Shown piece by piece: positions 1 through 8,448 of a stretch of 64,000 bases of DNA (position 1 is the first letter of the stretch; each line of letters opens with the position of its first letter). A model generated the notes under the pieces. It did no database searches and was not told the DNA's origin. It saw only the letters and a list, made by a program, of their open reading frames with translations. The position numbers were made by a program, and so were the translations under genes. The DNA is from Candidatus Marinacidobacterales bacterium (GTDB taxonomy: Bacteria; Acidobacteriota; Vicinamibacteria; Marinacidobacterales; DATDRI01): the NCBI GenBank assembly GCA_965226495.1, contig OZ245365.1, positions 5,536,001 to 5,600,000 on the forward strand. The letters are read 5' to 3'.

Positions 1-254
1 GGGGAAGGCTCACGTACAACGAGGGCTGAGACTTGCGGACGGTCGGACTCGACGTCCTCGGAATTGACCCCGTAGTTGCCTATGTGCGGATAGGTAAGGG
101 TGACGATCTGCCCGCAGTAGGAGGGATCGGTGAGGATTTCTTGATAACCAGTCAGTGCCGTATTGAAAACGATTTCGCCCGTAGCGTCACAGGCAGCACC
201 AAAGGACCGACCCTCGAATGAGTGCCCATCCTCCAGTACTAAGTATGCTTTCAC
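1..254 (-). CDS. carA: carbamoyl-phosphate synthase small subunit, 5' part (runs off the window)
   Basis: Manual minus-strand translation from GTG at 254: [70 protein letters not shown], the typical CarA N-terminus. Not in the ORF track. Confidence 0.95.
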   Translation of the reverse strand, partial: MKAYLVLEDGHSFEGRSFGAACDATGEIVFNTALTGYQEILTDPSYCGQIVTLTYPHIGNYGVNSEDVESDRPQVSALVVREPS

Positions 255-452
255 CCTAAGAGAGACCCTGGGGATTCTAGACCATCCTGGCCGAAATGCA
301 AAAAGCAAAATGGGCGCATTCGCGATCCTGGCTGGCGCCAAAATGTGCCGTCGCCCTACCGACTTGGCCGGGCGCCCATTAGCCAGCGTGGTAACATGAC
401 TCCCGCGAGCGCGGCGAGACCAACATCTTCATCGCCGACTGGAGCCCTTGAG

Positions 453-1565
453 ATGACCCGCGAAGCGCCCGATGTCGTCATCATAGGAGGCGGCGTCATC
501 GGTTCGGCGATCGCGCTCCGCCTGGCCCAGGAAAAACTCCGCGTCACGGTACTGGATCAATCGGAGCCTGGCCGGAAGGCCTCAGGGGTCGCGGCGGGAA
601 TTCTGTCCACGCAAGCGGAGTCCAACGGCCCGACCCCCTTCTTCCAGCTCGCGCACGCGAGTCGAGCGCTCTATCCATCCTTTGCCGAAGAGCTCCGGGA
701 AACGACGGGCATGGACGTGGAGCTTCGACTGGACGGCGTGGTCTCGGTGGCGGAGAACGAAACCGAGGACGAGGAACTTGCCGCTCGGTTCCAGTGGCAG
801 AGCGGGGCAGGGCTCGCGGTGGAAAGACTGTCGGCCAAAGAGCTAACCCAGCTCGAACCGTCACTTCGCCCGGGCCTACGGGGAGGCATCTTTTTTCCGA
901 ACGACGGTCATGTCGTGGGTCCACGGGTTACCGAGGCCGTGATCCGAGCCGCCGCTAGCTCCGGCGTACGTTTCGAGTCCGGAAACCCTGCTCGGCGGAT
1001 TCTGCACGAAAACGGTAGAGTGACCGGTGTGGAAACGGCGAACGGCTTCGTAGCCTGCGCCCAAGCCGTTAATGCCGCGGGGGCGTGGTCGGGTTTCGAT
1101 TCGACGCTGCCGTTTGCGGTTCCGATTCGCCCTGCCCGGGGGGACATCGTGGCTCTCAGGGGACAGCCGGTACCGCGGCATGTGGTCTACTCACACGAAC
1201 TTTATGTCGTGCCCCGACTCGACGGTCGTATCCTATTGGGAGCAACGATGGAGTTCGCCGGCTTCGATAGCACTGTCAAGGCAGCCGGTGTCCAGAAGCT
1301 CATGACGAGGTGCTTCGGGCTTCTTCCTTATCTAGAAGGTGCGGAGTTCGATTCCGCCTGGGCGGGACTTCGACCTTGCGCGCCCGACCAATTACCCATC
1401 CTCGGCACCACTCCCATCGAGGGACTCCACGTGGCGACCGGTCATTGCCGGAACGGCATTCTGTTAGCTCCCGTTACGGCTCGAATCGCGGCCGATATCA
1501 TCGCCCATGGGACGTCGGAGCTCGACGTTTCTCCGTTTTCCGTCTCTCGATTCGAAAACGCGTGA
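453..1565 (+). CDS. thiO: glycine oxidase ThiO / DAO-family FAD oxidoreductase
   Basis: DVVIIGGGVIG FAD motif, ASGVAAGIL, WAGLRP, TGHCRNGILLAP. ATG 453 follows GGAG; ATG 396 is an alternative start. Confidence 0.8.
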   Translation: MTREAPDVVIIGGGVIGSAIALRLAQEKLRVTVLDQSEPGRKASGVAAGILSTQAESNGPTPFFQLAHASRALYPSFAEELRETTGMDVELRLDGVVSVAENETEDEELAARFQWQSGAGLAVERLSAKELTQLEPSLRPGLRGGIFFPNDGHVVGPRVTEAVIRAAASSGVRFESGNPARRILHENGRVTGVETANGFVACAQAVNAAGAWSGFDSTLPFAVPIRPARGDIVALRGQPVPRHVVYSHELYVVPRLDGRILLGATMEFAGFDSTVKAAGVQKLMTRCFGLLPYLEGAEFDSAWAGLRPCAPDQLPILGTTPIEGLHVATGHCRNGILLAPVTARIAADIIAHGTSELDVSPFSVSRFENA

Positions 1566-2248
1566 GCTCTTTCTACCCACCTCTAGAACCGACTCCCGCA
1601 ACACCCACAAGAATCGTCCGGGAAACTCACCTCTCGGGAAAACCGGCGGCCGCTAGTGGTTGGATCGCGCTGGCGAGTGTCGGCGCGCTGTTCTTGGTCT
1701 CCGCGATCTATTGGACGGATTTTCTCGGGCTCACTTCACAGCTCGCCGCAACGCCGGAAATGGTCTTCGACCGCAACGAGTACTGGCGACTCCTCACCGC
1801 CATCGGCACGCATGCGAACTTTCAGCACTTGCTGAGTAATGCCCTCGTTTTCGGAATCTTGAGCTACCTGCTCTACGGCTATTTTGGTCCCGTCGCTTAT
1901 CCGGTGCTCGCAATAGCGGGAGGTGTCGCGGTCATGGCCGTGTCCTTGTCGACGTATCCACCGATGACGATCCTGGTGGGCGCTTCGGGAGTCACGTATC
2001 TGATGGCGGGTTTTTGGCTCACGCTGTATCTTTTCGTCGAGCGACGGTTTTCGCCTGTGAAAAGACTTCTGCGCTCGATAGGATTCAGCCTCATCGTATT
2101 GATGCCAACGGTATTCGAGCCGACGGTGAGCTACCGCACGCACTTGTTCGGTTTTGCAGTCGGTATGGTGCTCGGGCTGGGTTATTTCCAGTTCAATAAG
2201 GTAAGCCTGCGACGTGCCGAGCGCGTCGAGGTCGATCTCGACGACTAG
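1562..2248 (+). CDS. rhomboid-family intramembrane serine protease
   Basis: EYWRLLT, HANFQHLLSN, catalytic GASG, HLFGF and several TM segments. GTG overlaps the upstream stop (GTGA). Confidence 0.85.
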   Translation: MSSFYPPLEPTPATPTRIVRETHLSGKPAAASGWIALASVGALFLVSAIYWTDFLGLTSQLAATPEMVFDRNEYWRLLTAIGTHANFQHLLSNALVFGILSYLLYGYFGPVAYPVLAIAGGVAVMAVSLSTYPPMTILVGASGVTYLMAGFWLTLYLFVERRFSPVKRLLRSIGFSLIVLMPTVFEPTVSYRTHLFGFAVGMVLGLGYFQFNKVSLRRAERVEVDLDD

Positions 2249-2250
2249 TA

Positions 2251-2319
2251 GAGCCGTCAGCTGTCCCGCAGCCGCTCGTCGGCGAAGGGACAAGCCGTGG
2301 GGGTGGGGCCCCGCGGCAC
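2251..2319. repeat. dispersed intergenic repeat, GGGGTGGGGCCCC family (REP/MITE-like), copy 1
   Basis: Its reverse complement closely matches 43683-43750 (ggggccccacccc...cttcgccg.c.agcggct.cg.gacagctgacggctc). Lies between convergent genes. Confidence 0.75.
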
Positions 2320-2321
2320 TA

Positions 2322-2942
2322 CTAGAAGTAGAACCGGAGCTCGTTCTCGCGGACGCTTCGTAACGAAGTGGACAGCTGCTCCAGCAGTGCCACCGCCTGG
2401 CTGCGATACATATCGATCCTCTCCATCCGTCGCTGATCCTTCGGGTCACCACTCTCGAGGTACGACTGGCGTAACTCAGCCAACCGCCCCTCCGCTTCTT
2501 CCAAACTCAATGCAACGGAGATGAAGACCATGAGGTCGAGCTGACGTCGACTGAAGCCTCGACTCTGCCAAACCAGATCTTCGCGTAAGAGCGCTTGCTG
2601 TACCCGCAGGCTGCGTTCGGGATCGAACCCCTCGGCCACTTTCTGTAAGTATGCGGTCGCCGATCGAGTCAGCCGAGGCACGAGGCCATGCGCCTGCTCG
2701 AGAAAGGGACACGGGTCGACTTGGCTCGCCAAAGGTTCCTGAAGGCCGCACCGCCACGCCGTGGTCGGAAGATCCGGGGTATCTTCGCTACCCGGACTCC
2801 CTGGGGTCGAAGTACCACGCGCTCGTACAGATGTAGGCACAATCCCACACCAGATGAAGGAGACTAAGGCCAGCATCGCCGCGCCCCTGGCTATGCCGGG
2901 GACAGCTAACCTTTTGTCTTTTAATGGGTTGACCTTCATCAC
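2322..2942 (-). CDS. hypothetical protein, probably exported or membrane-anchored
   Basis: 206-aa ORF with an AGGAGG RBS, an N-terminal hydrophobic stretch and a helical C-terminus. No recognised motif. Confidence 0.6.
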   Translation of the reverse strand: MMKVNPLKDKRLAVPGIARGAAMLALVSFIWCGIVPTSVRARGTSTPGSPGSEDTPDLPTTAWRCGLQEPLASQVDPCPFLEQAHGLVPRLTRSATAYLQKVAEGFDPERSLRVQQALLREDLVWQSRGFSRRQLDLMVFISVALSLEEAEGRLAELRQSYLESGDPKDQRRMERIDMYRSQAVALLEQLSTSLRSVRENELRFYF

Positions 2943-3094
2943 CCCACCTCCTCAGGTTGTGTCGGGAACGTCCTTGTACGTCTTTACTAATGTACATAGG
3001 CAAATTGGATGCCAGGAATGGGGGAAAATGAGCCGACGGGGGGACGTCCAAACTAGGGTTGTGCCAAGGGGTCGACGTGCGCAGGACGGCGGAC

Positions 3095-3907
3095 TTAGCT
3101 TCGACGAGTTCCCTCGCCGCCATAGGCAAGGGCCATGGCGCGCTCGGTCACCTTGGCGTAAAGACGCCCGAGGGCACCGCGGATCTCCGGGTGTGCCTTC
3201 CAAAACGGAGGAACCCCAAGCCGTTTGAGAAGCGAGACAGACACTGCCGGAGGACCCACCGACACCGCGAAGGTCTTCAGCGAGTCACCGGCCTGCCAGA
3301 ATTGGTCGATGGACTCACGTAGCGAAGGCGCGTTTTCGCGCACCCCGGTACGCCCCGAAGCTTCGGCGGCGCGGCGGCCGCGGAGTGCCTTGAGGATTTT
3401 CTCTCGATCCCGGCCGCGAAGACGGAAGAGCAAGAAAGGATCTTGATCCAATTGCTCTGCTAGAGCGTAGTGCACCGCCGCGATGTGTTTGCATGGATTC
3501 GCGGCATCCGGGCAGGAGCACTCGGTCACCAGATCGCCCTGAGAAGTGGGGAACAAGGACAGTCCCGCGCTTTGAAATGCGTCCTCGATATTCTGTGGCA
3601 TCTCGCCAGCAAGGAGCTTGGCGGCGAACAAAGCTTGAGAGGTAAGAGTTTCCAGGGCTTTTTCCCATTGGGCGCGGGTAAGTGATTTCACCCGGAACGT
3701 CACTCGATAGGGATCGTAGCGAGATCCTTGGATGTCTGCTTCGATTCGCCCGGGTTCGATCTCGAGCCGCAGCACACGACCGGAAGCCGCGTAGCGCCGC
3801 CCTCTCTCTAGTCGGTTGGCCAGGCCGAGAAGCTCGAGGACGGCGATCCAACGCTGTGCCCACCATCGCTCTGCGAAATCGTCTCGTGTCCTGTGCTCGG
3901 AAGTCAT
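3095..3907 (-). CDS. SWIM zinc-finger protein
   Basis: RLERGRRYA, IQGSRYDPY, CSCPD-x4-CKHIAAV, DPFLLFRLRG. Confidence 0.9.
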   Translation of the reverse strand: MTSEHRTRDDFAERWWAQRWIAVLELLGLANRLERGRRYAASGRVLRLEIEPGRIEADIQGSRYDPYRVTFRVKSLTRAQWEKALETLTSQALFAAKLLAGEMPQNIEDAFQSAGLSLFPTSQGDLVTECSCPDAANPCKHIAAVHYALAEQLDQDPFLLFRLRGRDREKILKALRGRRAAEASGRTGVRENAPSLRESIDQFWQAGDSLKTFAVSVGPPAVSVSLLKRLGVPPFWKAHPEIRGALGRLYAKVTERAMALAYGGEGTRRS

Positions 3908-3919
3908 CGTCTCATCCCA

Positions 3920-6900
3920 CTAGTCTTGTACCGCGTCCCGCCGCAATGCGAAGAGCTCTTTGAGATCGCCCGTGGAAAGTTCGGTCAACCATCCCTCTCC
4001 GGCACGCACCACCAAATCTGCGAGATCCTTTTTTTGCTCGATGAGCTCGTCGATTTTCTCTTCCACGGTGCCGGCACATATGAATTTATGCACCGCAACC
4101 GATCGTGTCTGGCCGATTCGGAAAACGCGATCGGTCGCTTGGTTCTCGACGGCCGGGTTCCACCAGCGATCGAAATGAAACACGTGACGCGCACGCGTCA
4201 GGTTCAAACCGAATCCGCCCGCCTTGAGTGAAAGCACGAAGACACTTGGTCCCGGCACTTCCTCTTGGAAACGGGTAATCATTTCGTCCCGCTGGCGCAC
4301 GGGAACCGCGCCATGAAGAAAGAGCACTTCGGTCGACAGCGCTTCGCGCAAATGCCGATGCAGCATACGACCCATCTCGGCGAACTGAGTAAAGATGAGG
4401 GCTCGATCGCCCTCGGCTAACACTTCTTCCAACATTTCGGTGATTCGGGTTAGTTTGCCGGAACGGCCATCGAGCTCGCTGTCGTCCCCAAGGTAATGAG
4501 TGGGATGGTTGCACACCTGTTTCAGCCGCGTGAGCGCAACGAGAACCTCGCCCTTGCGGCCCATGCCTTCGGAGTGGTCGATGCGAGTCAGGCTCTCGCG
4601 CACTACGGCTTCGTAGAGTGTCGCCTGCTCTCGAGTCAGGCTGCAAAAAACCTTCATTTCGTTCTTGCGTGGAAGATCCTTGATCACCGTGGGGTCGGTC
4701 TTCACGCGGCGCAGCACGAAAGGTTGCACGAGACGGCGGAGCTCTTCGGTAGCCTCTGGATCGCGGTACCTCTCGATGGGCACCGCGAAACGTCGCTTGA
4801 ACGAGAGATGAGAGCCCAGATACGAGGGGTTCAAAAACTCCATGATCGACCACAGCTCGGAAAGGCGATTCTCGACCGGTGTGCCGGTAAGAGCCACCCG
4901 GATCGGAGCGCCTAGACGCGTCACCGACTTGGTTTGCTTGGCGGCGGGGTTTTTGATGTTTTGTGCCTCGTCTAAGACCAGACCATCCCACTGAACTGCC
5001 GAAAGACGTTTTAGATCGCGATGAACCAAGCTGTAGCTCGAGACCACCAAATCGTGTCGTGCCGCCTGTCGGACGAAGGCGTCTCCCTCACGGCGTCCCA
5101 ATCCGTGGTGAATCAATACTCGCAATGCAGGTGCGAATCGCTCCGCCTCCTTCCTCCAGTTGCTCATCACCGAAGTGGGACAAATCAGAAGGAACGGGCG
5201 TTTCAGCTCGCCCGCTTGCCGGCGATGAAGGAGGAACGCAAGCATCTGAATGGTTTTTCCGAGTCCCATATCATCTGCCAGGCACGCCCCGAGGCCCCAC
5301 TTTCCGAGAAAGGTGAGCCAGGAAAGACCGCTAACCTGATAGGGCCGAAGCTGACCCTGGAAGTCACCCGGCGGGTCGAGCATTGGCAAAGACTCCATAC
5401 CCCCGAGCCTCCCCAAAAGTGTTTCGACCCAACCATCCGCCTCCAATCCACGGACCGGCAAGCCGTCTTCGCCGCGGCCGAGTCCCAACTGCAGGACTTC
5501 TCGAAGCGACATCACCGCTCGCGCCGGTTGGGAGCCGATCACTTTTAGCGCTTCCGCGACGTGCTCCTCTTTGAGCTCTACCCACCGGCCGCGCAGGCGA
5601 ACCAATGGCTGCTTGAGCGAGACGAGCTGAAGAAACTCTTCACGGTCTAAGCTCTCGTCACCGATGGCGACTTGCCAATCGAACTCTACGAGAGCATCGA
5701 GACCGAGAGCCGAGTCGACCCTTCCGGGATCCTCGGGGGCCGCCACGTGAAGCTTCAATCCGAAACCCGCTTCCTGCTTTTCCCACCAGGACGGAACGAG
5801 AACGCCGAAACCACTTTCGCGTAAGAGAAAAGCTGACTCGCGAAGAAAAAGATAGGCTTCGTCCAAGTCCAAATCGCAATACTCGGGCCTAGATTCCTTC
5901 AAGCTTTCTTCGATCGGTGGGAAAAGCGTCGAGGCGCGGCCGAGCGCTTCGAGGGCTCGTTCCTGCGGACGGTCCATCCGACGTTGGAGATAACGCCAAC
6001 TCTGTCCCGCATGTCTCCAAATTCGACCCACGGGAATGAGGAGACTCGGGTCATCGACGGCCTGCAGAAAAAACTGGAGCCTCCATCTTTCGCCGGCCCC
6101 GGCGCCTTCTCCTTCAGGTGGATCGAGTCGGAAAGCGATCCGAAAAGGCGCTTCGGTCTCGTCCTCCAAGGACCGGCGCCAATCGGCCAGCTCGAGCTCC
6201 AACGAGCGTCTCTCGTTTCCAGTTGCGGAAAGCGCGCCCTGGGAATCCAATAGAGCCGCCGCGAAGTGAGCACCTTGGCTATCGATGACACGAGGTCTCA
6301 GTCTCAGGCGCGAGGCAGCCTGACGCACGAAGACATCGACGGCGGTCGCCAGGAAATCGTTCAACAAGTCGTCGGGGTCGACACCTTTGCGATTGGCTTG
6401 AACGAAAGCGCGGCAAACCGGAGGCATCGCCGAGGCCAAACCTTCCACTCGCTCGTCCTCCTCATCCAGCAAAGGCTCCCAAAGAGCGCGGGCCCTGGAA
6501 TTCGACCCGTCCACACCGGGTAAGAATCTCTGACGCGCGAGGAGCTCGAGCGCCATACGCGCCGCAGTAGCCCAAAAGCGCACATCCTGCCCTAGCCGTA
6601 CGCGTAACGGAGTTTGACTGAGCTCGTCAAAATGACCAGGCTCACTGGGGAGGCTCGCCAACCATCCGAGTGCGGTCATGGGCGCAAGCGATAGGCCCGG
6701 GATTCGCCATTTGGCCAAACGTTTCGCGGAAGAGATCTCGCGCTCGTCGACGATCAATTCTGGGGACGCCACCGGTTCCCCGTGAAGACTCGGCAGGAAA
6801 AAATCCGATTCGCCTCGTGAAAAGCTGGCTTGATAACCGTTTTCCCCGAATGCCGCGAAGATCTCCTCTTCGATCTGCCGGCGAGGCGAGTGAAACGGAT

Positions 6901-7120
6901 GAAGGGGCGCGGCATCCGCCTTGGTGCGACCGCGAGGGGGCGCGGGAGAACCGGTTTCTCCCCAGAGGAAGAACCCTCCTCCTCCAGATGACGGAATCCA
7001 TGTTCCGTGGGCGACAATCACGTGATTCGTCTCAAAAAGCCGAGGCGGCGCGTTCCGTCCAGGCGATCTTTCCAGTCTAGCACGAGGCGGCCGAGCCCAA
7101 GCCTCCGAAACAAGTGCCAC
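3920..7120 (-). CDS. SNF2-family helicase/ATPase (true start may be GTG 7021)
   Basis: LADDMGLGKT, DEAQ, LTGTPVEN, LKQVCNHP, GLNLT, DRWWNPAVENQATDR. Confidence 0.95.
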   Translation of the reverse strand: MALVSEAWARPPRARLERSPGRNAPPRLFETNHVIVAHGTWIPSSGGGGFFLWGETGSPAPPRGRTKADAAPLHPFHSPRRQIEEEIFAAFGENGYQASFSRGESDFFLPSLHGEPVASPELIVDEREISSAKRLAKWRIPGLSLAPMTALGWLASLPSEPGHFDELSQTPLRVRLGQDVRFWATAARMALELLARQRFLPGVDGSNSRARALWEPLLDEEDERVEGLASAMPPVCRAFVQANRKGVDPDDLLNDFLATAVDVFVRQAASRLRLRPRVIDSQGAHFAAALLDSQGALSATGNERRSLELELADWRRSLEDETEAPFRIAFRLDPPEGEGAGAGERWRLQFFLQAVDDPSLLIPVGRIWRHAGQSWRYLQRRMDRPQERALEALGRASTLFPPIEESLKESRPEYCDLDLDEAYLFLRESAFLLRESGFGVLVPSWWEKQEAGFGLKLHVAAPEDPGRVDSALGLDALVEFDWQVAIGDESLDREEFLQLVSLKQPLVRLRGRWVELKEEHVAEALKVIGSQPARAVMSLREVLQLGLGRGEDGLPVRGLEADGWVETLLGRLGGMESLPMLDPPGDFQGQLRPYQVSGLSWLTFLGKWGLGACLADDMGLGKTIQMLAFLLHRRQAGELKRPFLLICPTSVMSNWRKEAERFAPALRVLIHHGLGRREGDAFVRQAARHDLVVSSYSLVHRDLKRLSAVQWDGLVLDEAQNIKNPAAKQTKSVTRLGAPIRVALTGTPVENRLSELWSIMEFLNPSYLGSHLSFKRRFAVPIERYRDPEATEELRRLVQPFVLRRVKTDPTVIKDLPRKNEMKVFCSLTREQATLYEAVVRESLTRIDHSEGMGRKGEVLVALTRLKQVCNHPTHYLGDDSELDGRSGKLTRITEMLEEVLAEGDRALIFTQFAEMGRMLHRHLREALSTEVLFLHGAVPVRQRDEMITRFQEEVPGPSVFVLSLKAGGFGLNLTRARHVFHFDRWWNPAVENQATDRVFRIGQTRSVAVHKFICAGTVEEKIDELIEQKKDLADLVVRAGEGWLTELSTGDLKELFALRRDAVQD

Positions 7121-7188
7121 CCTTTTGGTGAGAACGACCGGATAACCTTCTAACTGTTTGATTCCTGAGGGTATTCAGGCAGGGAGGT

Positions 7189-7284
7189 TGGCGGAGAGGG
7201 TGGGATTCGAACCCACGTGCCCAGTTATTAACCGGACAAGACGCTTTCGAGGCGCCCCCGTTACGACCACTTCGGTACCTCTCC
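7189..7284 (-). tRNA. tRNA-Ser (anticodon CGA)
   Basis: GGAGAGG acceptor stem, GGCGC-CTCGAAA-GCGTC anticodon arm, long variable arm, GGTTCGAATCC T-arm, encoded CCA. Confidence 0.95.
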
Positions 7285-7348
7285 GCGCGAGTGCTCGCCG
7301 ATTCGACGACGTTCCTTATCGGTACGATAGCTTCTCTGGAGCTTCCTC

Positions 7349-7867
7349 CTACACGCGATCCCGCCGGTAGCGGAAAAAGTCCTGCATCAGTTTTCGGCAG
7401 TCATGCTCGAGAACACCTGAAATAACTGCCAGCCGGTGAGGCACCCGGATGCTTTCTAGATCCACAATCGATTCCACGGCCCCAAACTTGGGCTCCTTCG
7501 CTCCGTAGACCAACGTGCTGACCCGCGCGTGAACGATGGCTCCGATACACATCAGGCACGGCTCCACCGTTACATAAAGCGTCAACCCCCGGAGTCGGTA
7601 ATCCCCAAGCTCCTTTGCGGCGTGGCGAATCGCAACCAGCTCTGCGTGTGCGGTGGGGTCAACCGTGTGGATGGGCTGATTGAACCCGGTCGCAACAATC
7701 ACCTCATCCTTAGTCAGGATGGCGCCAATCGGCACCTCTCCCAAGTGGAGTGCTTTGTGCGCCGCCTCCAGGGCGTGTCGCATCAACTCTTCGTGGGTCC
7801 CGATTCCTAAGTCCTCAGCGACGACGTTTCGCCTCGCATCACGCCGCGCAAGCCACTCGTCGCACAC
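7349..7867 (-). CDS. tadA: tRNA adenosine(34) deaminase (start may be nearer ATG 7783)
   Basis: GEVPIGA, DPTAHAE, LYVTVEPCLMCIGA, EPKFGA. Confidence 0.9.
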   Translation of the reverse strand: MCDEWLARRDARRNVVAEDLGIGTHEELMRHALEAAHKALHLGEVPIGAILTKDEVIVATGFNQPIHTVDPTAHAELVAIRHAAKELGDYRLRGLTLYVTVEPCLMCIGAIVHARVSTLVYGAKEPKFGAVESIVDLESIRVPHRLAVISGVLEHDCRKLMQDFFRYRRDRV

Positions 7868-7931
7868 ACATTATAATAGGAACCGCCCGATTTCGCGCCC
7901 GATTGCCGCTTGAAATCCCAACTATCCGAAG

Positions 7932-8010
7932 TGCTAAAAATTTAGCAAATAAACTTGACGGGACCGCGGTCTCAGTGCTAGATTTCCAGCATGATGCTGA
8001 AATATTAGCA
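7932..8010 (+). promoter_or_regulatory. sigma70-like promoter overlapped by three TGCT-N8-AGCA operator boxes
   Basis: TTGACG 7955-7960 and TG-c-TAGATT 7976-7984. Boxes are TGCTAAAAATTTAGCA 7932-7947, TGCTAGATTTCCAGCA 7976-7991 and TGCTGAAATATTAGCA 7995-8010. Confidence 0.75.
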
Positions 8011-8038
8011 TGGCAGGAAGTCGAGGAGGCGAAACCAC

Positions 8039-8446
8039 GTGACCAAGAAACATTCGATGGGCGAAAAAGCGTATCTAAGCTTGAGCACTCGGGAACGGCA
8101 GATCATGGACTTGTTGTATCGCTTTGGCCAGTCTACCGCGGCCGAAGTGCAGGCCAACCTGCCCGATCCTCCGGGTTACTCGGCGGTGCGGGCAACGCTA
8201 CGCATCCTGGAGGAAAAGGGACACGTTGGCCACGACCAGGACGGTCCGCGTTACGTCTTCACTCCTACCGTGGGGCAGGACAAGGCCAAGCGCTCTGCTA
8301 TCCAACACCTTCTTCACACGTTCTTTAACGGATCGACCGAGCAGGCCGTCGCTACGCTCTTGGACGATTCCACCGCCGATCTCTCGTCCGAAGAGCTGAG
8401 CCGCCTCGCGAAGCTGATCGACAAGGCGCGCACGAAAGGAGCCTAG
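8039..8446 (+). CDS. BlaI/MecI/CopY-family transcriptional repressor
   Basis: LSTRERQIMDLLY, YSAVRATLRILEEKGHV, TFFNGS. GAGGAGG RBS; adjacent to an M56 gene. Confidence 0.9.
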   Translation: MTKKHSMGEKAYLSLSTRERQIMDLLYRFGQSTAAEVQANLPDPPGYSAVRATLRILEEKGHVGHDQDGPRYVFTPTVGQDKAKRSAIQHLLHTFFNGSTEQAVATLLDDSTADLSSEELSRLAKLIDKARTKGA

Positions 8447-8448
8447 CC

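Noticed and set aside
7140-7284. Prophage or integrative element at tRNA-Ser
   Set aside because: No integrase and no duplicated tRNA 3' end was found in the window. The short AT-rich TAACTGTTTGATT next to it is not sufficient evidence.
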